A stretch of DNA of 64,000 nucleotides from Rebecca billardiae RCC1528 (GCA_965240325.2 OZ251226.1:806001-870000); one strand, 5' to 3'. Positions 44,083 to 56,091 are shown, counted from the stretch's first letter. Made by a program: numbers and translations. The notes: generated from the letters alone by a model not told the origin.

Positions 44083-45142
44083 ATGGCGCCCGTCGATGCG
44101 AGCGCGTCGTTCGGCCCACCGCGGACTCGCCGCGCGATGGTGGATCTGCACACATCAAGTATCGATGTTCCTAGTTGGGGTCTACAGACAAAGGCGCGCT
44201 TAGCACAGCCGCCATCGGTGCGCGCATTACCCGCCATCGCCACACGCTCGCAGCCCTGCCGCGAGCATGTGCTCGGCTCTGCGCGCCCAGGCGTTGCTGT
44301 GCTCACCGGACCCGTGTGCATGCCCGCCCCACCCGGATGCGCTCGGACAGGCCCTCGGCTCGGGCTTTGGCGGTTTTGCAGCCACGAATGAGCCCTATCG
44401 CACGCACAAGAAAATGGCCCCCGGCCGGCCAATGCACACGCCGGCAGATGCATACAGCTTTCCCGAGTTTGCGCGCGACCAGGAGGAGAGACAAACGGGC
44501 AAGAAGAGAGTGCCGCCGCCCACGATCTACGAGCCTCCGCTGTTCAAGGGGAAGTCATCCATTGCGCCCGTGCGCAAGCCTGAGAGCGACGACCCGTACG
44601 CGTGGATGGGAGCGAGACCGGGCAAGCGGCCCGTCAAGCCGATGGCCACCGAGGTGAAGGGCTCCAACCTGTTCCCTGCGCACCACGCGACCCGCCGCTT
44701 CTTCCCCGAGAAGCACGAGCAGCGGTACCAGTGCTGGCGCCCCGAGACGCTGGGCAACGTCTCGCAGTGGAGCGACGGGCCGGGCGTGTACAACCTCGTC
44801 GACCCCGCCGAGACCAAGGGCGCGCAGGTGCCCTACATCACGGACGGGCGCGGCGGGCGGAAGCTGTTCAAGGATCGGCGCGAGCAGCAGTCATACCCGT
44901 TCCGCGGGCCGACCGTTGACCAGCACGGCAAGCCCATCGATTTCTTCCTCGCCAAGAATGGTGGCTCCCTGCGCACGCGGCTGTACGCGAACGAGGACAT
45001 CGACGGGCAAAATCCGTACCTGCTGTTCGAGCAGCAGCTTTTCAAGGAGCACGGGTTGCAACCGCCTCCGCCGGTTGTGCATCCCTCGGCGCCGCCATTC
45101 AACGCGCGGGGGGAGACGCTCTCGCAGATGGAGCTGCGCTGA
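44083..45142 (+). CDS. Unknown Pro/aromatic/basic-rich protein. Probable GC-AG intron 44194-44350 (alternative start ATG 44414)
   Basis: Clear coding bias 44414-45142. The upstream ATG 44083 exon joins in phase 0 via an AAG|GCGCGC donor and GACAG acceptor. Confidence 0.65.
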
Positions 45143-45792
45143 GTACCGATGAGCAAGTGATGCTCGTCGAAGCAGCTTGGTGGTATCCGGCGGATGGCGG
45201 TGCCAGTCGCCAAAGTCGGCAGAGGCTAAGGCCTCACCACCACGTTTTAGTGCTGCACGGCCGAAGCCACTCCGCAGCATTCACTGGACTGCGCCCCGAC
45301 AGTGTACGCTGCGGATCACGTCTAGGTCGGCGGTACAGGCTTGGGCTGCGTATGAGCAGTCTGACTCTCTGGCCGGACGGCTTCGGCTCGCGCGCGCACT
45401 GCGATGCCCGGCCCCGCACGTGGAAGCCGTTTGAGCGCCCAGCTGGGCCCGATCTCCCGGCTCCGCGGGTGCCCGGATGCCTCGCGTACGAGTAACGCGT
45501 CCGGGCCCGGGCCGGGGCTCGGCGGCCAGCCCGCACACCGCCGGTGCGCAATGACCCTGCTCGCGAGCGCTAGAAGCGGCGGAGCGAGACCATCGGCGGG
45601 CAGTTCCAAAACCCATGCGCACATCAGTCTGCCCGCCCGAGTGAACACGTCCACGACCAGGTCACCAGCCCCCGGGCGGTGGCCGGTGTGAACTCCTTTG
45701 CCATCTTTGCAGGAACGGTCCCACGCACGGTCCGGTGGCTAGGCTTTGAGCGTCGTCAAACGCGCAGCCGCCATCCTGGCGCGCAGCGGGCC

Positions 45793-47929
45793 ATGCCGCG
45801 TTGGATCCACGTCCAGCCGCAAGGGCGGCCGCGCAAGTCGTGCGAGGGTCACACCGTCTCTGTCGTTGATCGCGTCCTGTACATTCTCTTCGGCAAGCAC
45901 GAGGACGACATGGGGCACGTCGTGTGCCCGCCGCTGACGATGCTCGACACGGAGACCATGATCCTCTCGACGCCACTGCTGGACACTATGAGCGGCGGGC
46001 GGCGGACGGTGCCAGAGGATCGCGAGGGCCACTCCGCAGCTGTGATTGGCCACCGCATCTACGTCTTTGGCGGCACGTGGTGAGTGCGCGCCGGTGCCGA
46101 CGAACGCGCGCGCGCGCGCGGACAGTCTGATGTGCTGAGGGCGACTGCGCGCTGCGCACTGTGCGCGTGTGGCGTGGCGCAGGACGGAGGAGGACGAGAG
46201 CACGCTGTACATGAACGATCTGCATGTTCTGGACACGAGCACCAAACCGCCATCGTGGTCGAGGCCGCCGCAGTCGCCCACGGCGACGCCGATCGAGCGC
46301 GAGGGGCACACGGCAATCGTGATTGGCCACCGCATGATCGTGTTCGGTGGCACTTGGGTCGACGACGACGACAACTCGCGCTACCTGAACGACGTGCACG
46401 TGTACGACGTGGACGCCAACTACTGGTCCACGCCCGAGACGCACGGGCAGACGCCCATCGAGCGCGAGGGGCACACGGCGAGCGCGATCGGCCGCTCGAT
46501 GCTCGTGTTTGGCGGCGCCGGGCTGGACGACGTCGACCGCTCGATCAACCTGAGCGACCTGCACGTGCTCGACACGGACACGTGGGTGTGGAGCCAGCCC
46601 CGGCTGGGCTCGGAGGTGCTGCCGCAGGAGCGGCGGTACCACACCGCCTCGGTGATCGACCGGAAGGTGTACGTCTTTGGCGGGCAGTACTACGACCCGA
46701 CGGCCGACCTCCACTTTGAGTGCGACAACATCGTGAGCTGCTTCGACGTCGACGCGATGTCGTGGGAGACGCTGCAGATCGACGGGCAGCCGCCCCTGCG
46801 CCGCGCGTGCCACGCGTCGGGCACGATCGGCCACCTCGTCTACATCGTCGGCGGGCGGTACTGGGACATCTCGGAGGACGACTACATCTTCATGAATGAC
46901 ATCCAGGTGCTGGACACGTCGCCGCGCTCCACCTTCTCGTCCGACTGGCGGCAGTACTTCAACAACTCGCACCTGTCCGACATCGAGCTGGTCGTGGACG
47001 GCCGGCGGATCGCGGCGCACCGCGTGGTGCTCGCCGCGCGCTGCGAGCACTTCTCGCGCATGCTGCTCTCGGGGATGAAGGAGGCGCACGGCGCGGAGGT
47101 GGAGATCGCTGGCGTGCGGTGCGCGCGGCCTGCGCGCGGCGCGGCGCGTGCGACTGGTGCGCCTCGCGCGGCGGCCTGCTCAGCCTGCCACGCGCCACAC
47201 ACGCGCGCCCCGCCTCGCCGCGCGGCGCGCGCACCGTGATGCCCGCAGCTACGAGGTGTTCATGGCCCTGCTCGAGTACCTGTACACCGACACGATGGAC
47301 TTCACGCCCGACATCGCCCTCGAGCTGCTCTCCGCAGCCGACCGCTTCGGGCTGGAGCGGCTGAAGCGCGAGTGCATCACGCTGATAGAGGCCGGCCTCA
47401 CCACCGCGACCGTGTGCCACGTGCTCACCATCGCCGACCGCCACTCCGCGGACGACCTGAAGGAGGTGCGCGCGGGGCCGACGACGCGCGCGCGGCGGAC
47501 GCCGCCGGGCGCTCACGAGCCTTCGCGCGCGGGCCCTCCCCGCGACCCCGCCGGCGGCAGGTCTGCCTGAACTACGTCACGTCGCACTTCCCTGAGGTGA
47601 TCCGCACGGAGGGCTTCCAGGCACTCACGCGTGAGCTGCTCGACCAGGTGCACTTTGCGATGGCCAACCGGCACTACCCGGACAAGGAGGCCCGGCTTGA
47701 GAAGGAGGCGTCGGCAGGAAGCGGCACGCCGCGCACGCTCACATCGCGCCTCAACGCGCTGGCAGTCAGCAGCCTGGCCGCGCCGTCATCGGCCGTTGCT
47801 GTGGGGAGCACCTCGGCGTCCAACGGTCACAGCGACGAAGCAGCTGGTGGCGCAAGCATAGCAGGCGCCGGGGCGGACCCGGAGCTGTCCGCGTCTCTGG
47901 CCGTGGGCGTGGCGCGGCGGCGAGACTGA
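45793..47929 (+). CDS. Kelch-repeat plus BTB/BACK protein (LZTR1-like architecture, likely CUL3 adaptor). Introns 46080-46182, 47119-47248, 47466-47560
   Basis: Six kelch repeats (REGHT/S...VFGG...NDLHVLD); BTB SDIELVVDGRRIAAHRVVLAARCEHFSRML; spliced FMALLEYLYTD...AADRFGLERLK. Confidence 0.92.
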
Positions 47930-48225
47930 TCAACTCGGAACAGCTGCAGTAAATAATGAGTAAGCTAAGCTAGCTACTAAGCTAACTATAGCAGTAGCTA
48001 CTGAACTGTAGTAGTAGCTAGCAGTAGTTCGAGTGAACGAATAACCTCGTCTTAGTCATAATTATTCAGTACCTGTAGGTAACTAGCAGTAGCTGTACTG
48101 TCGCCCGGACTCGCGGAGTCGCGGGCCGGCACTCATGCCGGGCGTCGCCCATCTCACTCACAGGGTCTGATTGTCTGCTTACTTACTAATAGCCGTAGGA
48201 ACGTGGCCCAGTGCGCGTGAGTCCT

Positions 48226-48259
<34 letters not shown>

Positions 48260-50132
48260 TCTAGATGAATATCTCTGATGTGGGCTGATTGTGTGCCCGA
48301 TTCGTTCAGCCGCGATTGACAGCGGCAACTAACTACATTCCGTGCACGGCGTCCGTGACTTGAGCGCCGATCGGACGCGCGGTGCAACTGCAGCTGAGCT
48401 CCACCGGCCTCTGCCGCGGGCTCTGGCGCCGCATCTGCGCCCACCTGGCACCTAATCTAATGAAGTCACTGCTTCTGTCAAGTGTCAGTCCCGTCGGGGC
48501 GCGCCTGTGGGCTCGCGGGGCCGGGCTCGGGCCGCTCGGGCTGAGAAGCTTGGGCTGTGAGTCACACGGAGTCACACTAGTTGGTGTGAGAGCCTCCTAC
48601 GACCGCATCGGCAGGCCCTCGGCCTCCAAGAGCGGGCTACAGTATGCCGCTAGACTAGTGGACTTGGAGCGGTCACTCGGCATCACGCCGGTTTTACAAT
48701 AATGACGCCAGTTTTACCCCCATAGGAGATGGTTTTTTTGGATCACCCTTTTTTAAATTCCCCTTTATAACGGGCTCCGGGTGATCAGACTGGCGGCCGA
48801 AGCCTCCAGCCCTACCCTGGCCAGCCCCCAACCAACCACCACCCTCACCCAACCTCAAACCACTGACCGATACACCGAGTGCCTTGACACCACTCCGCTG
48901 TGGACAGCCCGCCTCCAGAGGGGGCGGGGGTATGCCATTGCCGACAGCATACAAGCCCAACACTGTGGGGTGGTCCCAGGTACCAGCAGTGCACTGCCTT
49001 GCAATTCGAGATCATCGAGTTTGAGCCGAGTCGGCAGACTGGGCACCCCCTAGGGCGCCCCAGTGTGGGCAGAGGGCCAGCCACTAGCCGATCCCTGCGC
49101 GGGGGAGGGGACGGAGGGGGCTGTCAGCGAGCCCAGTAGCTGGGCCGGGGTCTGGGCCACTGGTCCTGGCAGTGAGGCGCCTGTATTTCACTCGTGCTGC
49201 TACGGAGCGTTGCGCCAGCTGGACAAACGCGAGGACGCTAGCTTTCGTAGATCACGAAGCTACGGAGGGCCTCTGACGAGAATCGCCTTCGGATCGGGGC
49301 CCTCTCCCGCTGTGCCGCATCGGCGCACGCTCGGCGGGCTACGTTTGCGCACGCCGTGCAGCTCGCGGTGCGTGCGCGTCGGCTAGCTGGCACACTGCTC
49401 CTGACGCACAAGTCGAATGACCGCAGCTGGGATGCCCTTTCGCGCGGCAAGGACGCGTGCGAGGCCGGTCGCTGCGGCCGAGCGGCGTGACCGTGCCGCC
49501 TGCACGCTGGGCGCCCATGGACGTGGCTTCGCCGCGCGCGCTGAGGCTGGCGAGCGTCGCGACCGAGTTCCACGACGCGTGCGACGCGCCATCTGCCCGC
49601 TTCCGTGCCTCCGACGCACGTTTTATGCGGGCAACGGCCATCGCCCGCCCATGCGGCGGCGAAGCCGCCATCCGCCGCGCTTTGCCGTTGGACAGAGCGC
49701 AGAACATTTCGTTTTGAAAAGCGCAGATCTGAAAAGACCGGAAGGCGTTTGTCCCGCTGGCGCAACGCCCCTGGGAGGCAGATGATGAAGCCGATGACAG
49801 ATTCACATACCGCTAAAAGGCGGGCATGTTACTCAGAAATTTTGGCTATTACAGCTCACCAAGCGATCACAATCCACTCTACTATACTTGGATTCCTGCA
49901 TGTGTGCGAGGACGCAGTGAGCACCATTCACTGAGCGAACTCTCCCCACGACGTACATTGTATGCGCGCGGATGACGGAACTGGTCTTCTCAGCGCGATG
50001 CTGATGAAAAACGCCGATCGTAATTATTGGCGGAGAACATCGCTTTTGAACGGCGCGGGTGCTTGGTGAACGACGCGTCGTCGCCTCCCCAACTGCTGCC
50101 GTTGAACGCGCTCTCCCTCTCCCCGCCCCGAC

Positions 50133-51719
50133 ATGAGCCGCAAGACATCAAAGGCGGAGGTGGGTGTCATCGCGCGAGTGCGACAGATCCTGGACACCGA
50201 GCCTGGGGGCGAGGTGCAGCACCTCGGCGGCGGGCGCGAGATCAAGCTCAGGGTGATGCGCCCGTCGTCGACTGACGACGCCGCGAAGGGCAAGCACGGG
50301 AACCGCCCGGCCAACGAGAACCAGCCCAAGGTCTTTCGCGCCGGCTCGGCCGGTGCCAAGGGCGGGGCGCTCTTGAAGGAGCACTCGTACAACTTTTCCC
50401 ACATCCACGTGAAGGAGGACAACGTCGCCATCTTCGGGCGCAGTGTCGCACCTGTCCTCGCAGACATGACGTCCCGCGGCCGATCGTGCGCCGTGTTTGC
50501 GTACGGGTACACCGGCACGGGCAAATCCGTGACCATTTACGGCAGCAAGCACGCCGGTCCGGGGAACGAGCTCGGCGTCGCCGAGCTTGCTGCGCACCAG
50601 CTGCTCACGCACGTCGCCGAGCTGGGCGAGGGCTACGCCATGCGTGTGTCGATGTGCGAGATCGCGGGCAAGGATTGCCGCGACCTCCTCGATGGCAAGG
50701 CACCCCTCCGCGTGCGCGCCGGGAAGGACGGCGGCGTGCACGTGCGCAAGCTCGATGGAGGCGAGTTCATCACCCGGAAGCTCGTTCGCTCCATGGATGA
50801 GTTCATGGCCTTGCTCAAAGAGGGCGTCGCGTCGCGGAAAGTTGGCTCGTCGACTGTCCACGATGAGTCCTCCCGCAGCCATGCTGTCATCGAGCTCGAG
50901 GTCACGACCGACGGCGTGCTCGCCCTCGAGGCCGCCCTCGACAACGCGCAGAATGGCTACGCGAACTTTGCCAACTCGCGCGACGACGGCCTACGCGAGC
51001 GGTACAACGTGCTGCTCGCCGAGGGCGGCCAGGCAGCCGTTGACGAGTCCGGCCTGCTCGCCGAGATGGAGCAGCAGCTGGGCGCTGAGCACCAAGCTGG
51101 CACACAGGCCATCACGGACGCGCGCGAGGCCCTCGAGGCGGCACTCAAAGCCGAAGTCCCAGCTGTTCGGGGGCGCATTGCCTTCATCGACATGGCTGGG
51201 AACGATTGTGCGCGCGAGCCGTCCCTGCTGCGCGCCAGCCTGCGGAATGCCTGCGAGCGACCGACCGTGCTCCCGCCGGCCGAGGGAAGGAATGGATTGG
51301 TTGGCACGCCATGGCCACAGGGGTGGGAGTCAAAGGACCGTGGGCAGTGCGATATTCGCCCCACACACCCCGCCCCCACCACACGCGAGCTAACATGCGC
51401 GCCTCACCTCCTTGCCCATACCGTGTGGCGGCGCGGACCGCACCTTCCAGGGGAGCAATCTGGCGACGTGCAGACCAAGGAGGCCCGCGTCGAGCACGCC
51501 GCCATCAATTCTTCCCTTCTTGCCGTCAAGGAATGCCTGCGCGCAGTCTCTTCGGGGACGCGCGTGCCCTTCCGCAACTCTGTGCTCACGCACCTGCTGC
51601 AGCGCCACTTTGCTCCGGGCGCGCGCCTGCTCATGATCGCGACCATCACCCCAAGTGACGACGACCGCCTCGTGCGCCAGTCGGTCAACACGCTCAACTA
51701 CGCAAAGCTGGTGACTTAA
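50133..51719 (+). CDS. Atypical kinesin motor protein (kinesin-13/DSK1-like features). In-frame intron 51208-51450
   Basis: P-loop FAYGYTGTGKS, switch I SSRSHAV, switch II variant FIDMAGND, INSSLLAVKECLRA, VPFRNSVLT, MIATITP, NTLNYA. Confidence 0.9.
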   Translation: MSRKTSKAEVGVIARVRQILDTEPGGEVQHLGGGREIKLRVMRPSSTDDAAKGKHGNRPANENQPKVFRAGSAGAKGGALLKEHSYNFSHIHVKEDNVAIFGRSVAPVLADMTSRGRSCAVFAYGYTGTGKSVTIYGSKHAGPGNELGVAELAAHQLLTHVAELGEGYAMRVSMCEIAGKDCRDLLDGKAPLRVRAGKDGGVHVRKLDGGEFITRKLVRSMDEFMALLKEGVASRKVGSSTVHDESSRSHAVIELEVTTDGVLALEAALDNAQNGYANFANSRDDGLRERYNVLLAEGGQAAVDESGLLAEMEQQLGAEHQAGTQAITDAREALEAALKAEVPAVRGRIAFIDMAGNDCAREPSLLRASLRNACERPTVLPPAEGRNGLVGTPWPQGWESKDRGQCDIRPTHPAPTTRELTCAPHLLAHTVWRRGPHLPGEQSGDVQTKEARVEHAAINSSLLAVKECLRAVSSGTRVPFRNSVLTHLLQRHFAPGARLLMIATITPSDDDRLVRQSVNTLNYAKLVT

Positions 51720-52756
51720 TTTCGCGTGGCCGCCAGAGCAGCAGGTCACATCCAGCGATTTCGACAAGAATGATTCCTTCGAGTCCGACTGAGCCGCTGG
51801 GCCGGACACGGGGACCGGCGGTCGCGTCGAGGGCTTTCATCAGAGTCATCCGCAGCAGGACCACGCCGTGTGCGGGCGGCAGCGCCAACCGAAACGCGGC
51901 GTCAGGCGTGCGGTGACGACGGTCGTCGCGACTGACATCGCATCAAGTGATCGATCGCCACCGCGTCGTCAAAGGCAGTTCCGACCGGCGGTCAGCTGCT
52001 GCGCGGTCCATCTAATCATCGCGTGACCTATCACTTCTCACAATGGACGTCTGTGGGTAGCCGTGCTGTCATTAATCTGACAACTAATTGTAAGTTTGTA
52101 CGTAACTAGATATAATCCGCCAATATAAACTTCGATCGTCGCAATTAGCTAGTAATAACCACTGCATTATCATCTACTCATTCTATGATTTAACGACACA
52201 GGTAGGACGACGCGGGTCTCCTGATTCGTCGGCGGCAGTGCCCGATCGTCGACACGAAGTCGGCGTTGGTGGCAGAGCATAGCCTGCACCGCGATCGGAT
52301 TGCTTGAGCGCGGCCTTGAGCTGCTGAAGCGCGATCCACCCGCGCTGCGCGGCTCGCATGGACCTGCTGCATGCCCCGAGCGAGGGCGAAAGTGCAGGTC
52401 CGGATGTCAGCTGGCAGTCTCAGCCGCTGGTAGCAGCTGGTCGAGCCTGCCCCGTGCTCCCCGGGCGGTCGCGTACGCGCTTGCTGCTCGAGCCAGCTGG
52501 CTGGCTGGCGGCGGCTGGCGCTGCGGCGTCGTCCAGGGTGCGCTTCGCCCGCTGCGGCGACGCCTCCTCTAGCTACATTAATATCCTACCGTACCTGATG
52601 GCACGTATAAATTCTATACCAGCTCACCTTGCCCTTATTGGGCTTGGCTGCTCGTGGCAACAGACCAACCACCCGTCCCAGCCCCCTACATCAAGGCTCC
52701 CTGGTATTGAAAAATACCCGCAGCTATTCGTTGCCAGCCCATTTCATAGTCACTGA

Positions 52757-52812
52757 GCTCAAAACATGCCGTCGGCATGTTTTGAGCCCGCTGAGAGCCG
52801 AAGACGGGCTCA
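52757..52812. repeat. Perfect 15-bp inverted repeat with 1-nt spacer, overlapped by a second 8-bp stem
   Basis: GCTCAAAACATGCCG-T-CGGCATGTTTTGAGC (52757-52787); TGAGCCCG (52783-52790) pairs with CGGGCTCA (52805-52812). Confidence 0.85.
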
Positions 52813-53035
52813 GGGGCTTTCTGGGACGGGTGGAGTGACTACTGTACTGTAGCGCAGCTACTCCGGCCGGAGTGTTAGTACCGCAGCGTATCAAGATACT
52901 GCATGATGAGTCACCTCGGCGGCGACTCCCACCACGTTCACGTTTGAGCTTTCGCAGGCGGACGGCTGAACGAACCCATTCCGACGGCGCTACCATCGGC
53001 GACGGCCTCATGGGCGGTGACAGTTGGCGGGCGTC

Positions 53036-53084
53036 AATCTCGCCTGCCTAAGCTGTGTGCGTCTCTTATGCTTAGTCAGCTGTA
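53036..53084 (+). repeat. Copy of dispersed ~50-nt motif
   Basis: AATCTCGCCTGCCTAAGCTGTGTGCGTCTCTTATGCTTAGTCAGCTGTA. Confidence 0.8.
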
Positions 53085-53191
53085 GCATGATAGCCGAGCC
53101 GGCGGCCTCCTGACCGGAAGACCCGTTGCGGGGCCGTTGGCTGATGGCTCCGCAAAAAAGCCGTTTGGCCACTGTGTACTGTACGTGCACG

Positions 53192-54370
53192 ATGGCTGAC
53201 CGCCGACGCACGCCCTCCACTCTGCACACGCTGGCCTGCCTTGTGTGCAGCTGGGCCCTCACACTCGGCGCATCCGTCGCACGACCATCAGCACAATGCC
53301 CACATGCGCGCTTCCATTACCCCGCGGCCGCGTACGTGATCAACGCCGACCGCGACACGCGCCGACGCAAGTTTGGCACTAACTTGAGGCAGGCGGGGCT
53401 TCGCACGATTCGTGTGCCGGCGATCGTCCCACCGCAGGACGTCCACGCGCTGCTCTCAAGCCGCGACCCAGGTGCTCTCAGCCTGATGCACTCGCATCCT
53501 TTCTGCCGAAAGCGCATGACGCGGCCTGATTGCCGTGACGCCATGTGCTGCGTGACCCGTGACATCGCGAGCGGGGTGTGCTTCCACCGCAACGCGTACG
53601 GTGGCTTGATGGAGCACGGCCAGTTGGCATCGAACTCGACGGGGCGGCGACAGTGCGCTGGCTTCATCGGCAACTTCCTCAGCCACGCCTACGCCCTGCG
53701 CACGATCGCCTCAGACCACGCCAGCCGCCGGTTTGGCGACGGTGCGTTTGTGCTCCTGCTCGAGGATGACACTGCGCCCGTGCGCGACTGGCGGGCCCGC
53801 TTCTGCGCGTTCCTCGACGCGTACCCGCCGCGGACCTGGGATCTGGCCAAGCTCGATTCGAATCGACCGCGCAACGTGCGGCAGACCGTGCACGAGGCCG
53901 TCAAGGCGGGCCTGGTCGTCGTGCGGTCAGGGCGCAAGCTCACGCGGCGCACAGCTGACGCCGAGCCCGCTGGCGCTGAGCACGTGCGCATGCGGCACGG
54001 CGTGGTGCAGCAGTTGGTGGCAAGGCCCGGCGCCGAACCTCTCATCAGTGCCACGTACGAGCCCTTCGTGCTCTCAGCGCGAGAACTCCGTGGCTTGCGA
54101 GCCAATGCGACGCACTGGGCCATCACCGGGGCCGAGCTGATCCAACGCGTGCCGTTTAGCTGGGGAGCAGCATCTCTCCTCCTGCACTCGTCGTCGGCTG
54201 CCAAGCTAAGCTGGCTCTTCGACCACATGATGATCACCTCCGTGGACTTTACGATCCGATGGCTTCATCTTCGGCGTCTCATGCGCCTTGTATCCAGCGA
54301 CATGAACGTCTTCGATTCAGCCGCCAACCGCCTTCAGCGCAAGAGCTCTATTGGCCGCCGTCGCAGCTGA
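53192..54370 (+). CDS. GT25-like glycosyltransferase with signal/anchor peptide
   Basis: YVINADRDTRRR, IGNFLSH and VLLLEDD match the GT25 motifs YVINL.R..DR, GCFLSH and LILEDD. Confidence 0.7.
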   Translation: MADRRRTPSTLHTLACLVCSWALTLGASVARPSAQCPHARFHYPAAAYVINADRDTRRRKFGTNLRQAGLRTIRVPAIVPPQDVHALLSSRDPGALSLMHSHPFCRKRMTRPDCRDAMCCVTRDIASGVCFHRNAYGGLMEHGQLASNSTGRRQCAGFIGNFLSHAYALRTIASDHASRRFGDGAFVLLLEDDTAPVRDWRARFCAFLDAYPPRTWDLAKLDSNRPRNVRQTVHEAVKAGLVVVRSGRKLTRRTADAEPAGAEHVRMRHGVVQQLVARPGAEPLISATYEPFVLSARELRGLRANATHWAITGAELIQRVPFSWGAASLLLHSSSAAKLSWLFDHMMITSVDFTIRWLHLRRLMRLVSSDMNVFDSAANRLQRKSSIGRRRS

Positions 54371-56091
54371 ATGTATGTGGGTTATGGCCCGCGGTGCAGG
54401 GCGGAGCGCGCAGCGTGGAGCGCCCGCAGTGCGGGCCCTACAGTTTATTTGTTTTAACGTGCGTAAGGCTCACGGTGGCAGGTTGCCGCGCCATCCTTCA
54501 TCGCACGCTCTCAGTAACCACGTTTCAAAATAAAGATTATTAAGATATCTTTCATGACGATCATCAAGTAGAAAAAAGCCAAAAGGGACGGGGGACGAAT
54601 TTCAGGGCTGGAGGAGACCGAGTTTCGAATTTTGAGACCGCACTACGTACGCCGCAGTAGAGACATCCATTCGCGAGAAAAAACCGCGCCCGGCTCGTTT
54701 GTATTCAATCGTGCGGACGGGCGTGAGCCGTGAGAGCTCACTTTTTGTGCACTAGGACGGTTACAAGTCCGCCTTGTTCGAGGCTATTTTTGTCTTGCGC
54801 TTCGTTCGCGTGCCGCTGCGCGCCCGCTGCGCAAGCACTGCGCCGCCCGTTGGCTGGCCGGGATGGCCGCGTGCGTGCGCGAGCGCCCGCCTCGCGTCGC
54901 GCGTCCTCAGTCCTGCGCGCAGAGCGCGCGCTCGGCCACGCGCGATGCGGCGGAGTCGAGGCTGACATACATTTGGCCCTCCTCGCGCCGCGCAACGCTG
55001 CCCACGCCCACCGCCGCTCGCACGCGCAGGCCTGCCGCCGGCACGGCTTGGGCTTTTCAGCACCGCCGGCTGGCGGCGGCGCGCGGGCCGAGGGCTCGGC
55101 CGGTGATGCGGCGCTCGCCCGGGCCGAGACTTGGCGGATTCATGGGCAGTGCCATCAATCACCTCTCCGCATCCCCGGCGTCGCCGTCAGAGAGTGTACA
55201 CGCAAGGCGCGTCTGTAGGGGTCGACAGGTGACGGGCGCAGTGCGCTCGCCCTCCGCGGAGCGGGCAGCGGACGTACCGCGGTAGGCGCGCGCGCACACA
55301 GCGGGGCTATCGAGCTGCTTCCAGCCATGTAGATCGACGACGCATGCCCCAGCCCTGGTCTGGAAGGCGTGCGCGGGTTCGGCGGCCGGTGAGCTCGGCG
55401 CGGACCCAAAATGTCTTGCCGGGCACGGCGGCGCGACAGCTCGGCAGCCAGTCTCGAGGATGAGTGGCAGAGCACTTGCCGTCGTCCTGGCAGGCTCAAC
55501 CACCGCGCCGATGGCAAAGCCTTGGCCATGACACAACCAGCTCGCGAGTCTGCCTCCGTCGCCGCCTGCTGCCGTCGACACGCCACCCAAGACCTAGGGC
55601 CGACGGCTCAGAGTGGCCAGAGGGCGCGGTGGGGATGGGGGCGGGCTCGGCGGCAGAAGCGGCGGAGGTGAGCTTGATACTGGGCTCGGCGGCGGCGAGG
55701 GTCGCGGGTTCGGTGCCGGCGATGGCAGTGGGCTCGGCGGCGAGCTCGGCGGTGGCGACGCCGACGGTGGCCGGAATCGGCGGTAGGATGGGCTGCCGGC
55801 TTGGCGGCAGCCGCGCCTTCAAGCGCAGCTAGCTAGCTAGAAGCAGGCTCACGCGGTCAGCACGGCCGCACACGCGGAGCCATCACAGCTCGGCCATGGA
55901 CGGGCGACGCCGTGCTCTCCGCTCTCGCCCACGGGTGCTCGCAGTCGCCCTCGCGCTCCGCACCGGCCCCGTCGGTCACACCGCCGCCGGGCGGCGCCGC
56001 AAAGGCGGCCGGACGCGCGCAGCGCGGCCCTCGCACTGCATCGATGCGGCGGCGAGGCTACAGTGTGCCGTGACTGACGGAGCGGGTGGCA

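Noticed and set aside
48382-48702. ORF ending ...YAARLVDLERSLGITPVLQ
   Set aside because: Non-ATG start, stuttered interior and no recognised homology; cannot be supported as a gene.
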